This document shows, one piece after another, positions 20,310 to 30,722 of a stretch of DNA of 64,000 nt. Below the pieces are notes generated by a model. The model worked only from the letters and a program-made list of their open reading frames with translations. It was not told the DNA's origin and searched no databases. A program made the position numbers and the translations under genes. Position 1 is the first letter of the stretch. Every line of letters begins with the position of its first letter. Source of the DNA: Chloroflexota bacterium (GTDB lineage: Bacteria > Chloroflexota > UBA11872 > VXOZ01); the NCBI GenBank assembly GCA_965221905.1, contig OZ244922.1:3424001-3488000 (forward strand), read 5' to 3'.

Positions 20310-20948
20310 ATGAAAGAAACACCTATGGGTAAGAAACTTACCAGTAAGCTGCTTACCCATAAGCAACGGCAGGTGCTGACGTTTCTCACGCGCGTACAGC
20401 AAGAGGGACGCTGGCCCACCTTGGAAGAGATTGCCCGGTGCATCGGCGCGCGCTCACCGGCGGCGGCGCACCACCATCTGAAGCGCTTGGAAATCAAAGG
20501 GCACCTGCGCCGCACGGCCTGGGGCACCTACGAGCTTACGCCCCAGGTGCAGATGTTGGAGGGCTTGGGAGTAGCGCGCGTACCGGTGCGCGGCACGATT
20601 GCCGCCGGTACCGGCGTGGAGGCGGTGGAGGCAGTGGAAGACTGGCTCACCGTGGATAGCGTCTTCGCGCGTCATCCCGATGTCTACGCGCTGCGCGTGC
20701 AGGGCGACAGCATGGTGGATGCCTGCGTCTGCAACGGCGACCACGTGCTCATTCGCCCCCAGCCCGCTGCGGAGAACGGCGAGATGGTGGCGGCCTTGCG
20801 CGAAGACGGCACCGCCACGCTGAAGTACCTCCGCCGCGACGACGGGCAAGTATTCCTTGTACCCGCCAACCCGTATTACCCTACGCTCCCCGGCAACAAC
20901 ATCACCATTCTCGGCAAGGTGGTCGGCGTGATCCGCGTATTCGCATGA
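20310..20948 (+). CDS. lexA: LexA family repressor
   Basis: LTHKQ..PTLEEIA winged HTH, IAAG cleavage site, GDSM catalytic Ser, TLK catalytic Lys, ILGKVVG. Confidence 0.9.
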   Translation: MKETPMGKKLTSKLLTHKQRQVLTFLTRVQQEGRWPTLEEIARCIGARSPAAAHHHLKRLEIKGHLRRTAWGTYELTPQVQMLEGLGVARVPVRGTIAAGTGVEAVEAVEDWLTVDSVFARHPDVYALRVQGDSMVDACVCNGDHVLIRPQPAAENGEMVAALREDGTATLKYLRRDDGQVFLVPANPYYPTLPGNNITILGKVVGVIRVFA

Positions 20949-21060
20949 GAACTGTAGGGGCGCTTGCTGTAGGGGCGCTTCGCGAAGCGCCCCTACGTAA
21001 AAAACGACCCAACGTTACATACCAGATACCGTTCCAGCTAACGAAGGAGAGGAAAGAGCA

Positions 21061-21729
21061 ATGGCAGCAACAATGCCCTTAATGAATGCGACGCCGTTGG
21101 CGAAAGCAACGCCTGTGGCGAAAGAGCCGACGCCCGCACGGCCGCCTGACGAACTGCTCGTCACGGTGCAGGCGGCAAAGCAGGGCAATACCACCGCCCA
21201 GATGCTGCTCATGGACCGCTTGCGCCTGCCGATGGAGCGTCAGATACGGCGTCTCAGGCGGAGCTTCCGGCCTTCGGAGGCTGAAGACGCCCGCCAAGAG
21301 GTGCAGCGCCTCTTTCTGGAGCTGCTCTACGAGTATGACTATACGCGCAACGGCAACTTCGAAGCCTACATGTGCACCATGCTCAAGTGGCGCGTACACA
21401 ACTTCGGCCGCACCTCCCGGCGTACTGCGCCGCCGGACCCCGCCCATAATCAGTCGCTCAGCAATGAGATTACGGCCTATCTCGCCGAGCAGCGCTTGCG
21501 CGCAGGCACGCCCACGGCGGAACCGGCAGTCCACGTCGAGCTCGATCAAGCCCTGCGGATGCTCACGCCCAAGCAGAAGACGGTGCTCTACGCGATCTAC
21601 TGGCAAGACCGTCGTGTGGTGGACATCGCCGCGCGCATGGGCGTAAGCCCGCAAGCTGTGCGCGCTATCCGCCAACGGGCGGAAAAAATCCTCCGCCAGC
21701 GCCTGGAAGCCTCCGGCGCCGCGCCTTAG
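21061..21729 (+). CDS. sigma-70 family alternative sigma factor
   Basis: Region 2 AEDARQE..YDYTRNGNFEAY; region 4 LTPKQK..IAARMGVSPQAV. Confidence 0.85.
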   Translation: MAATMPLMNATPLAKATPVAKEPTPARPPDELLVTVQAAKQGNTTAQMLLMDRLRLPMERQIRRLRRSFRPSEAEDARQEVQRLFLELLYEYDYTRNGNFEAYMCTMLKWRVHNFGRTSRRTAPPDPAHNQSLSNEITAYLAEQRLRAGTPTAEPAVHVELDQALRMLTPKQKTVLYAIYWQDRRVVDIAARMGVSPQAVRAIRQRAEKILRQRLEASGAAP

Positions 21730-22021
21730 ACCGATTCACAGTCACGGACGCCGCAACACAGCTAACAATCTGGTGAAGGAGCGTGAACGCATAGCGAACC
21801 GAGGACACAGTACCGCGCCTAAAGTGGCTGAGAGCAGGCTCGTACTGCGGACAATCTAAAACAGAAAACCAATCTGCTCGACACGACAGACAATATTGTG
21901 TAACATCCTCCCAAACCAGTATGAACTGCGACATCTACTCAAATTATGACGCCGTGTAGGATGCGCCTTCGCGCCCACCACCGACGGTAGTCGCAACGTT
22001 ACCAAGAAACGATACAATGGC

Positions 22022-22780
22022 ATGCAGGGGAAGGAGCAACGCATGACCGCAACTACCGTGCTAAATGTATCTGAAGAGCGGACACGAACCAAGAAGCCAC
22101 ATCGCATGGTGCAAAACGGTTTGCCAACCAATGAGCTTGTATTCAGCGCCCATGTTGGGGGAAATGAGGACATTTTCCCGCAGATTCTATCCCTATACGT
22201 ACCGAAGTCGAGCGTCATTGCAGATGTAACGTATGGCGAGGGCGTATTTTGGCGCAACATTCCTGAAAATCAATATAAAGTTCTCGGCACTGACATTCAG
22301 AATGGAGTCGATTGCCGCGAATTGCCCTATCCTGACGGTGAGATCGATTGCGTAGTTCTTGACCCACCGTATATGCATTCCCCAGGCGGCACTGCCCATC
22401 GCAGCCAAAGCGCGTTCGAGAAGCACTATCGAAATAACGGAACAGGCAATAGAACTACAAAGAAGTACCATGATGCAGTATTGGCACTGTATGAAGAGGC
22501 CGGTGTAGAGGCTCACAGAATTCTTCGAGATCGAGGAGTCTTTATCGTCAAGTGCCAAGATGAAGTGTGCTCCAATCGTCAACACTTCACTCATGTAGAG
22601 ATCATGCAGTCGTACATTGGACTAGGCTTCGTCGCGGAAGATATGTTCGTCGTAGTAAGAAACAACCGACCCGGTGTGAGTCGTACTGTCAGGCAAGTCC
22701 ACGCGAGAAAGAATCATTCCTATTTCCTTGTATTTTGGAAACAAGGTGCTACTGGAAAGATTTGGGAGCCCCCCAAGTGA
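22022..22780 (+). CDS. amino (N6A/N4C) DNA methyltransferase
   Basis: Motif I ADVTYGEG, motif IV VLDPPY, RILRDRGVFIVK. Confidence 0.85.
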   Translation: MQGKEQRMTATTVLNVSEERTRTKKPHRMVQNGLPTNELVFSAHVGGNEDIFPQILSLYVPKSSVIADVTYGEGVFWRNIPENQYKVLGTDIQNGVDCRELPYPDGEIDCVVLDPPYMHSPGGTAHRSQSAFEKHYRNNGTGNRTTKKYHDAVLALYEEAGVEAHRILRDRGVFIVKCQDEVCSNRQHFTHVEIMQSYIGLGFVAEDMFVVVRNNRPGVSRTVRQVHARKNHSYFLVFWKQGATGKIWEPPK

Positions 22781-23280
22781 ACGCCGTGGGCTTGTTGGTC
22801 ACCATCATTCGAGAACACGCGCCAAAAGACATCTGGCAAGACTCTCCGCTTATAGGCTATCGAATGCTAGGCAATACGAATAGAGGCGAAATAGGTGAGA
22901 CGTTTATTCGGCGTTACTTGGAACTGAACAATATCCCGGTTGGAAACGGAAGTCGAACATCCCAGACCGATCTCCGCATTGGAACTTTGCAATTCGAAGT
23001 CAAAACAGCATCACTTGGAGCGAACCGTACATTTCAATTCAATCATGTTCGCTTGGATCGAGGCTATGACTACCTCCTCTGCCTAGGAATCTGTCCCCAT
23101 CACGTCGTGTTCAATATGTGGCGCAAAGGCGCGGTTGCTGAAAACCGGGCGGGAACACTGGTCCGAATGGCAGAAGGCCAAGCTGTGACGTACAAACTTA
23201 CCAAGAAACTCGACGGCATGGTAGATATCGCCAAGTTACCAGGATTGGTGAGAACCAGCCTCGACGCTGAGCAAAATTGA
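22777..23280 (+). CDS. putative type II restriction endonuclease (PD-(D/E)xK)
   Basis: GTGA overlap with the MTase; GEIGE, TDLRI, EVKTA, FQFNHVR. Confidence 0.7.
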   Translation: MNAVGLLVTIIREHAPKDIWQDSPLIGYRMLGNTNRGEIGETFIRRYLELNNIPVGNGSRTSQTDLRIGTLQFEVKTASLGANRTFQFNHVRLDRGYDYLLCLGICPHHVVFNMWRKGAVAENRAGTLVRMAEGQAVTYKLTKKLDGMVDIAKLPGLVRTSLDAEQN

Positions 23281-23483
23281 ATGATCGTGAGTCTCGCCAA
23301 GGTGATTTTGGCTGCGCTGTTACGTCACACCACCATCCGAAGTATACGGAGATGGAGCAGAGAATCAGAGGCGTAACTTGGGAATCCTCCCGTGATTCCG
23401 AATACGATTCCTTGCTTCTTCTCAAGCAAGGAATACGCCCTCGTGCTACCGATGGTTGGAGCTGACCTGACCTGTATCGCCTA

Positions 23484-24659
23484 TTAAGAGAAAATCGCCT
23501 CAGCAGCGGCTTTGCCGGAATCTGCATCCACGGTGCAGCCTTGGGCGGTCAGGATTTGCGCAAAGGCATCCAGGAACGTGTGCACGTTCTCCGGTCGCGC
23601 CGCGTAGCCCATCAGGCCGATGCGCCAGATCTGGCCCATCAACGGTCCCAGTCCGCCCGCGATTTCGATACCGTGATCAGCCAGGAGGGCTTTACGCACG
23701 TCCAGGTCGGCGGCCCCATCGGGGATTCTGACCGTCGTCAGCATCGGCAGGCGGTGACCCGCCGCCGCGACCAGCGAGAGACCCATGGCCTCGAGACCGG
23801 CCTTCAGCGCGTCGCCGCATTGTTGGTGGCGCGCAAAGCGGTTCTCTATACCTTCCTCGTCCATCAGGTCCAGCGCCGATTTCAGTCCGTAGACCAGCGT
23901 GCTGGAGCAGGTGTGGTGGTAGAAGCCCTGCGCCGACCAGTATTGATGCAAGGCCTCGACATCGTGGTACCAGGTCGGCAGCGCAGCAGCACGCTCGGCC
24001 AGGCGCTCACGTGCGCGGGCGCTGAACGTGAGCGGCGCGAGACCCGATATGGTACCGACGCACTTCTGGCTGGCGCTATAGGCGGCATCCACGCCCCAGG
24101 CATCGACCATCACCGGCAGTCCGCCCAGCGTGGTCACCGCATCCATGAGCACCAACGCGCCGTGCGCGTGCGCGGCGGCGGCAATCTCCTCGATCGGCTG
24201 GCGCACGCCGGTGGACGTTTCCCCATGCACGATGCCGACGACCTTGATCGACGGGTTGTCCTGCAGGGCGTTTTCCACGTCGGCGGCGGCAACCGGCTCA
24301 CCCCACGTCGCAGTGACCTCCACCACCTCCGCTCCAAAACGTTTGGCGAAGTCTGCCATGCGCATGCCGAAAAACCCGTTCACGCCCACGAGCATTGTGT
24401 CTCCCGGCTCAATGAGATTCGCCAGGCACGACTCCATGCCGGAGAATCCGGTGCCGGTTACGGCGAGTGTGAGTTCATTCTCTGTGCCGAAGAGGCCTCG
24501 CAACTGCCCGGCGGTCTCCACCAAGATCTCCTGAAAGACCGGGTCCAGGTGCCCCAGCACCGGCTGCTGGAGCGATTCCATGATCTGCGGATGCACATTG
24601 GCCGGCCCCGGGCCGAGGAGCAGGCGGTTGGGTAGCGTTCGTTGCGCCAAGGTTGCCAT
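23484..24659 (-). CDS. alanine-glyoxylate/serine-pyruvate aminotransferase (class V)
   Basis: LLGPGP, HGETSTG, DAVTTLGG, SASQKC, WRIGLMG. Confidence 0.93.
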   Translation of the reverse strand: MATLAQRTLPNRLLLGPGPANVHPQIMESLQQPVLGHLDPVFQEILVETAGQLRGLFGTENELTLAVTGTGFSGMESCLANLIEPGDTMLVGVNGFFGMRMADFAKRFGAEVVEVTATWGEPVAAADVENALQDNPSIKVVGIVHGETSTGVRQPIEEIAAAAHAHGALVLMDAVTTLGGLPVMVDAWGVDAAYSASQKCVGTISGLAPLTFSARARERLAERAAALPTWYHDVEALHQYWSAQGFYHHTCSSTLVYGLKSALDLMDEEGIENRFARHQQCGDALKAGLEAMGLSLVAAAGHRLPMLTTVRIPDGAADLDVRKALLADHGIEIAGGLGPLMGQIWRIGLMGYAARPENVHTFLDAFAQILTAQGCTVDADSGKAAAEAIFS

Positions 24660-24958
24660 TGGATTCTGTCCTTCCCTTCATTTTGGTCTGCAGTATTCTA
24701 TGCGGTTCGCACCAAAGATATAGTAGCCTAAATCCCTTTACAAGCCCTTAACTCCCAACGTGCAATTCTGCCAAACAAGCCCTAAGACTGACGGTAGAAC
24801 TGTAGGGGCACGACATGTCGTGCCCCTACTCCGTAGCCCTTGCAAGAGAGGGAGAATATCCCTCGGCCCGTATCAAATAACGGGCAGCTCTAACCCTCAA
24901 CCACTGGAGACCCTTGTGAAACTTTCGCCAGAGGCTCCGTTATTACTCCCTCTCCCTG

Positions 24959-25172
24959 GAGGCTGTCTCATAATTGCCCTTACCGAGGTATACTGCCGTG
25001 CAGAGAAGCTAAGTGAGGTCTTGAGATAGACTTGTGTTGCTTTCTGGGCGTCGCATCAAGCCTTCAAAATACCGTTTCCATCACTTTTACCACTCTGTCA
25101 ATACAATCCGCCACTTGGCTGCGTTCCTCATTTGACCTATCGTGCTCTGTAGCGGAATTATGAGACACCCTC
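24959..25172. mobile_element. MITE with IS1182/IS5-like terminal inverted repeats
   Basis: gaggctgtctcataatt ... aattatgagacaccctc; flanks cctg/actg; splits a ccctctccc-gggaga palindrome. Confidence 0.55.
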
Positions 25173-25510
25173 ACTGAGGGAGAAGGCCGGGGTGAGGGGT
25201 TTCTTGCTTATCCGGTTCCCACGCCCTGCGGAACCCGTGCGAAACCTCTTCCCCTTTGACGGGTGAAGGTCGGGATGGGGGTGAAAACGGCTTCGCGGCA
25301 AGTTTCCGCACACTTCCCATCCCCCTGGTTTCCGGCCCCGTATCGAGTACGGGGCCGGCTTTTCGCCGGAATAACGGACTTTCGCAAATATCTCCTCAAT
25401 GGAGGTGGGAGACTCTATCGCTTTGGCGAGGACTTCGCAAAGTTCGCCACAGGGAGAGGGGACGATTGTTTCCTCCGGAGAGTTGAGCTATCGTCCCATA
25501 AACGTGATTG

Positions 25511-26095
25511 TTACTCTTCCTCCAAGGCTCCCGCGCGTCTCAGGATAGTCCAATAGGCATGGTCTGCCAGATGCACAATCGTGTTCTCCAGGCTGCGCTC
25601 CACGTTCTCGCCCTCGGCGGAGTGCGCGCCGGCCGTATGCACAATGGCTTCCGGCAGACCCACCGTAAGCGCCACGTGCACACCATAGGCCGGATGGCGC
25701 ACCGAGGGGTAGCCCACTTTCGCGGGATCAGCGCGCCAGCGGGCCTGATTGGCCGGACTAAACTCAAACGGCTTGCCGAGATCGTGGCAGAGCGCGGCGG
25801 CGCACAACAGGTCGCGGTCGATGCCCACCGGCCCCACCACCTGCTCCAGGGCATCGGCCATCGCCAAGGCAATGCGCGCCACGCCGCGCAGGTGCTCTGC
25901 TTGGGTACCCACCTTCATGGCGGGCGTCGTCGGATTGCCGGACGCGCGCATTTGTTCAATAGCCGTGAATTCGGTCTCGGACAGAGCGAATGCCCACGCT
26001 TCTACCACCTTTTCCCGCAGGGTTTCATCGGATATGTCGGCCAACTCCGGAAAACTCTGGCGCACGCTCTCCCGCAATTCTTCCTTACTCGCCAT
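25511..26095 (-). CDS. HD domain protein
   Basis: EH..LCHDLGK..RH..HS..HLAD. Confidence 0.85.
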   Translation of the reverse strand: MASKEELRESVRQSFPELADISDETLREKVVEAWAFALSETEFTAIEQMRASGNPTTPAMKVGTQAEHLRGVARIALAMADALEQVVGPVGIDRDLLCAAALCHDLGKPFEFSPANQARWRADPAKVGYPSVRHPAYGVHVALTVGLPEAIVHTAGAHSAEGENVERSLENTIVHLADHAYWTILRRAGALEEE

Positions 26096-26382
26096 GCTAT
26101 TGCTCCTTTAGTGGAAGTTTCTTGCATGAACCGGCAAAGGTTTAAGCAATGAGGACGAGATTAGTGGGTCCACCCTCATGTTTGTGTCTTTCCTTCCCAA
26201 GAGAAGATTTACCCGTAGGGGCACGACATGTCGTGCCCCTACACCCGTATGCCCTTGGAAAAGTCATCACCCTCGCCCGAACCCTTTTTCACCTGGCTAG
26301 GGAATTAACCGCAATTGACCGTGACCGTGCCAGGGACTCCAGAGTGTGACGAGAACCTGCCTGCAGCACCGAACCCACCGGC

Positions 26383-27360
26383 TTAGTTATGTACCACTGC
26401 GCCGTTCCGGTAACTTAGCCAGAGGCGCACCAGATGACGCCGCTTTTCCGGTTCCGGAAAGTCCTCGAAAGAGGTGCGGTTGTGCAGCAGCCAGTGGTTG
26501 CTGGTGAAAAGCATCTGGCCGGGCTCCAGCAGCAGCTCCACATGGAGGTCCTGGCGGCGCAGCGTGTCTTCCACCGCCTCCAGCGCCCGCGCCTGGGCCG
26601 GGCTGAACGATTCTTCCATCCGCTCTTGACCGACTTGGATGTAGTAGTACAGGTACCGAATATGCAAGCCCTGCGCGTCCCAGCGAAAGATCGGCGCTTC
26701 GAAGACCGGCTTCTCGCCCTCTTTGAACTGGCCCCGCCGGTCGAAGTAGAAGGGCTCGTAGAGGGTTGCAACTTCCTGCGGGTACCGGGTGAGCAATTCG
26801 TTATGGAGCGTATACGCGCTCAGGAACTGGCTCCTGCCGCCGGACTTCGCTCCCTGCAAGCTGAGCAACCCCAGGATATCGGGAATTGGATCGCCGAAGC
26901 AGTGGTCCATGTGGAAGCTGCTCTCCACGTTGCTCACGGAGAAGCGCGCCCCTTTCGTCGGGTCTTGGCCGGTATCGCGCACGTCATAGAGCAACGTACC
27001 TTTCACGTCCTGGGCAAAGGGCACGCCGAGGAGCTGGCCGATCACCCAGTAGACCATCTGCGCTTCGTCACGGGTGTAGCGCTCGAACGACAGCCGCTCG
27101 ACGATGGCGAAACCTCGCCCTCTTTCCAACGCGTCGAGCGCACCTTCCAGAACTGCGGCACAGGCAGGAAAGTCCGCGCTTTCCACGCGCGTCCCCGTAA
27201 TTGGCTGAGACTGGCGGCGCCATTGGGCCAGAAAGCTGTCTAGCTCCACAAAGCATTCCGGTGTCAACGCATAGCGCCACGACTCACCCGAATCGATCGT
27301 TTGCGCGGTCCACGCCCGCTGATCGGCAATAATTTCTGACAGAATCTGCGTGCCGGCCAT
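26383..27360 (-). CDS. TauD/TfdA family Fe(II)/2OG dioxygenase
   Basis: FHMD, LLHNRTSFED, RRHLVRLWL. Confidence 0.88.
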   Translation of the reverse strand: MAGTQILSEIIADQRAWTAQTIDSGESWRYALTPECFVELDSFLAQWRRQSQPITGTRVESADFPACAAVLEGALDALERGRGFAIVERLSFERYTRDEAQMVYWVIGQLLGVPFAQDVKGTLLYDVRDTGQDPTKGARFSVSNVESSFHMDHCFGDPIPDILGLLSLQGAKSGGRSQFLSAYTLHNELLTRYPQEVATLYEPFYFDRRGQFKEGEKPVFEAPIFRWDAQGLHIRYLYYYIQVGQERMEESFSPAQARALEAVEDTLRRQDLHVELLLEPGQMLFTSNHWLLHNRTSFEDFPEPEKRRHLVRLWLSYRNGAVVHN

Positions 27361-27819
27361 AGTGAATCTCCTCCTGCGTTTGTTGCAACGCACCGCCGAG
27401 GCGCATGATCTTGATTACGGACAATGCACTCTTGCTACTAAATATCCGGTGATCATGGTATACCGTAGCGCGGGGGCTTGTCCCCCGCCTCTTGAATCGA
27501 AAGGGAGACTTGCTCGACTCATCCCATCCGTGACCATCCGAACGATTTTTAGGGTTCCACGAACACTGATGCCATTTTACACCACTGCGCTCAGCTCATT
27601 CCTGGCTTGACCAACCCCACTCTTGCTTCCTCAGATCTTAGAATTTCACTTTCTTGAGATCGCAGGGGCGGTTTTGCGGCCCACGATACACTACTGCAAC
27701 ATTGACCACTCCTTGAATCCCCCTTCCTGCCGCGCTAGAATCGGTAAGTCCGAATAGGCGGCCAATTGACTTGTACAGCCCTTCCGCGTTTCTCCATGGT
27801 GACGGCACTGGCGTAGGTT

Positions 27820-29268
27820 GTGGAGCACGATGAACTGCGGCTGAGCACAGCAAAGATGAGCGCATCAACTGAAAGTCGGCAGACGCAAGAACCGTCCGCT
27901 GGGGTAGCTGCCAGCGAGTACGTCCGGCGGCTGCGCGAGCGGCAGAACGCGTACCTGGCACGCATGGCGCCGCTGTGGGCGCAGGCACACCCCTACGCGC
28001 GACGGGTGTTGCGGGAGCGCGGGCTGACTCCTGAGGACATCAGGACAGTCGCTGACATCCGCAAGCTGCCGCCCATGACCAAGCAGGACTACATACGCGA
28101 CCCGGAGCGATTTCGACTAGATCCGTCCCAAGCAACCGGACTGAGCTTGGAAGAGCGGACTATTGCCGACATCATCTATACGGCGGGTTCTTCCGGCGAG
28201 CCGACGCCCTTCTACGACACGGTGCACGATCGCTACGCACGCATCGATCTGATGGCGCGCGCCACGCGCATCGCGGGCATCGGGCCTGCCGACACCGTGA
28301 TGAACCTCTTTCCCCTGAGCGCCGTGCCCCATCAGGGCTTTCTCAGCGCGACGTGGGGGCCGATGGCAGCCGGCAGCAAGCTGCTCAGCGGCCTCACCGG
28401 CCGGTCCTATGCCGGTTTTCCCGTGCACCGGCGCATGGACGAAGCCATCGATCTCATCGAAAGCCAGCGCGCCACAGTGCTGTGGGGCATCACTAGCTAC
28501 GTCCGGCGTGTCATCATGCGCGCCGAAACGCTCGGCAAAGACTTCAGCGCGGTGCGCCTGGTGATGGCAATGGGCGAGCCCTGCCCCACGGCCATGCGCG
28601 ACGACATGCGCACACGGCTCACGCGCATGGGCAGCCCGCATGTTACAGTGAACAACGGCTACGGCATGACTGAGCTGATGGGACCGTCCACCGAGTGCCG
28701 CGAAAACGGCGGCGCCCACCTGCCCGCCCCGGAACAATTCTACTTCGAGGTGGTTGACCCGCAGACGCATGCGCCCGTGCCCGACGGCGCGCGGGGCTTG
28801 TTGCTCCTCACCCACCTCAACCGCCGGGGCACAGTGCTACTGCGCTACGTGGCGGGAGACGTGGTGGCGCTGACACACGAGCAATGCCCCCACTGCAGCC
28901 GCTGGGAGCCGCGCTTCCTGGGCAGCCCTTATCGGGTTGACGGCCTGACAAAGGTCAAAGGCACGCTAATCAATCCGGCAGTGATACTGGATGGGCTATC
29001 CGGGTTGCTCAGCCGTGGGGTGCGAGAATACCAGGTCGTCATCAGCCGGGAGAATCCCCACGATCCGCTTTCCGCTGACGTGCTGCGGGTGCGCGCCGCC
29101 TGTGCTGCTGCCGACCACACGCGCCTGCGGCAAGAAATCGAGGCAACCGTCCGCGCCGAAACGGAGATCAGTCCCAAAATCGACTTTCTGCCGGCAGACG
29201 GCTTCGGCGAGATCGCAGGCGGCTACAAGTTCAAGCGCTTTATCGACGAACGGTCGGAAACAATGTAG
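27820..29268 (+). CDS. phenylacetate-CoA ligase-like acyl-CoA synthetase
   Basis: LPPMTK, YTAGSSGEP, YGMTE, LLRYVAGD, KVKGTLINP. Confidence 0.8.
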   Translation: MEHDELRLSTAKMSASTESRQTQEPSAGVAASEYVRRLRERQNAYLARMAPLWAQAHPYARRVLRERGLTPEDIRTVADIRKLPPMTKQDYIRDPERFRLDPSQATGLSLEERTIADIIYTAGSSGEPTPFYDTVHDRYARIDLMARATRIAGIGPADTVMNLFPLSAVPHQGFLSATWGPMAAGSKLLSGLTGRSYAGFPVHRRMDEAIDLIESQRATVLWGITSYVRRVIMRAETLGKDFSAVRLVMAMGEPCPTAMRDDMRTRLTRMGSPHVTVNNGYGMTELMGPSTECRENGGAHLPAPEQFYFEVVDPQTHAPVPDGARGLLLLTHLNRRGTVLLRYVAGDVVALTHEQCPHCSRWEPRFLGSPYRVDGLTKVKGTLINPAVILDGLSGLLSRGVREYQVVISRENPHDPLSADVLRVRAACAAADHTRLRQEIEATVRAETEISPKIDFLPADGFGEIAGGYKFKRFIDERSETM

Positions 29269-29309
29269 CGCCAAGAGATTCGGGAAACATCGTATAATCA
29301 CGTCGGTAC

Positions 29310-29762
29310 ATGAGCGAGGAAGGAAACAACTCTGTGGGGGAACCGAAACGCACCGACATGCTTGTGGCCGGTGAAGAACTGGCCCCGTTCACGTTCCAAG
29401 TGACGGAAGAATTCAATGAAAATTTCCTGCATTCAATGGAGGACTTTCACACACGCTACATGGAGGGCGTCGGCGATGCGGCCCCCATCATTCACGCCGG
29501 CCTGCTCTTCAACTTCAGCAATCTCACGCGCAGTCCCTCGTTCTCCCTGTCCGCCGGAGTCGCGGCCATTCACACCCACGAGGAAGCGACCTTCTCTGAG
29601 CCAGCGCCTGTTGGGAGCACGCTGACCGTCTCCTGGAAGATTATTGACACCTATGAAAAACGGGAACGACTCTACCAGGTCGTCGAAGCACTGATTACGA
29701 CCGAAACAGGGAGTCAGGTGCTCCGCCGCGTCTCGACGAATATCTACATGGGCGAAGGGTGA
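29310..29762 (+). CDS. MaoC-like hotdog-fold protein
   Basis: APIIHAG, AIHTHEE.TF..PAPVG, YEKRER. Confidence 0.7.
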   Translation: MSEEGNNSVGEPKRTDMLVAGEELAPFTFQVTEEFNENFLHSMEDFHTRYMEGVGDAAPIIHAGLLFNFSNLTRSPSFSLSAGVAAIHTHEEATFSEPAPVGSTLTVSWKIIDTYEKRERLYQVVEALITTETGSQVLRRVSTNIYMGEG

Positions 29763-29856
29763 TGGCGGTTGCATTAGAAGGTGACGGAGGTAGCGTCACT
29801 CCGGCGGAAGCCGGAGTCCAGGGCCGGTCCAAAGATGGATTCCGGCTTGCGCCGGA

Positions 29857-30339
29857 ATGACGGATCAAATGCAAAATGACCTAGAAGCCGACAAGGACTC
29901 CTTGATGCTACCACTGTCACCGGATACGCCCGTAGGTCACACCGTAACGGGCCGCAAGAAGAAGGTCACGTCGTATCGCACGTGGCTTTTCTCGGGCGGC
30001 TGGCCGCGCTTCAACGGCTGGCCCGCCAAGAACGTGCACACCGACCTGGCCGCCGCCCGGCAGAGCGGACTGCCCACCAGAGCGGCCTCGGGCGCCATGT
30101 GCCTCGGCTACCTGTCGGAACTCTTGGTCGACCTCTTTGGCGACCGGTGGCTGACCTACGGCGAGCTTTCGTCCAAGTTTATCGGCATAATTGACGCCGG
30201 TGACGATATTGTTTCCAAGGCACGGGTGACCGACGTAGCAGAAACAGAATCGGGCGTCCAAGTCTCGCTCGACGTGTGGTGCGAGAACCAGGACGGTACG
30301 CCGGTCGTCGTCGGTACGGCCAGCGGCCGGGTGGACTGA
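29857..30339 (+). CDS. MaoC family dehydratase-like hotdog protein
   Basis: NVHTD..AARQSGLP..ASG, LDVWCENQDG..VVVGTAS; start uncertain because the first ATG lies inside a REP. Confidence 0.8.
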   Translation: MTDQMQNDLEADKDSLMLPLSPDTPVGHTVTGRKKKVTSYRTWLFSGGWPRFNGWPAKNVHTDLAAARQSGLPTRAASGAMCLGYLSELLVDLFGDRWLTYGELSSKFIGIIDAGDDIVSKARVTDVAETESGVQVSLDVWCENQDGTPVVVGTASGRVD

Positions 30340-30480
30340 TGCTCGTTCTCTATGCGGCGGCCCGTGACCTGGGGAGCGTGGCGGCTCGCTCGTCACTCAG
30401 GCGAATAGCTTGCCCCGTACTTGATACGGGGCCGGAGACCGGAAGTCGATTGAAAAATGGATTCCGGCTTTCGCCGGAAT

Positions 30481-30722
30481 TGTAAATGTTGAGTAATTCG
30501 TTGACAGAATTCGCTTTCCACCAGGGAGTGTTGACCGATTATGTCATTCCGAGCGAAGAGAGGAATCTGGAGTCCATGTTGCAACAAGTCCAATAGGCTC
30601 AGCACTCTAGATTCCTCTCTTCGCTGCGCTCCGTTCGGAATGACATGTGTACAAGGCATGCACGACGCGTCGCTTATCTTCTCTTTATTGAAGATCTGTC
30701 AACGAATTACCTGACACTTACA
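30481..30722. mobile_element. MITE with ~27-bp TGTAARTG terminal inverted repeats and GGAAT target duplication
   Basis: tgtaaatgttgagtaattcgttgacag ... ctgtcaacgaattacctgacacttaca; GGAAT at 30476-30480 and 30723-30727. Confidence 0.75.

Noticed and set aside
6909-21729. Intact inducible prophage
   Set aside because: No integrase, att repeats, replication or endolysin genes seen, and three core genes are disrupted; an old prophage remnant is not excluded
22567-22776. N-terminal extension of the restriction endonuclease
   Set aside because: Overlaps the methyltransferase; GTG at 22777 gives normal coupling
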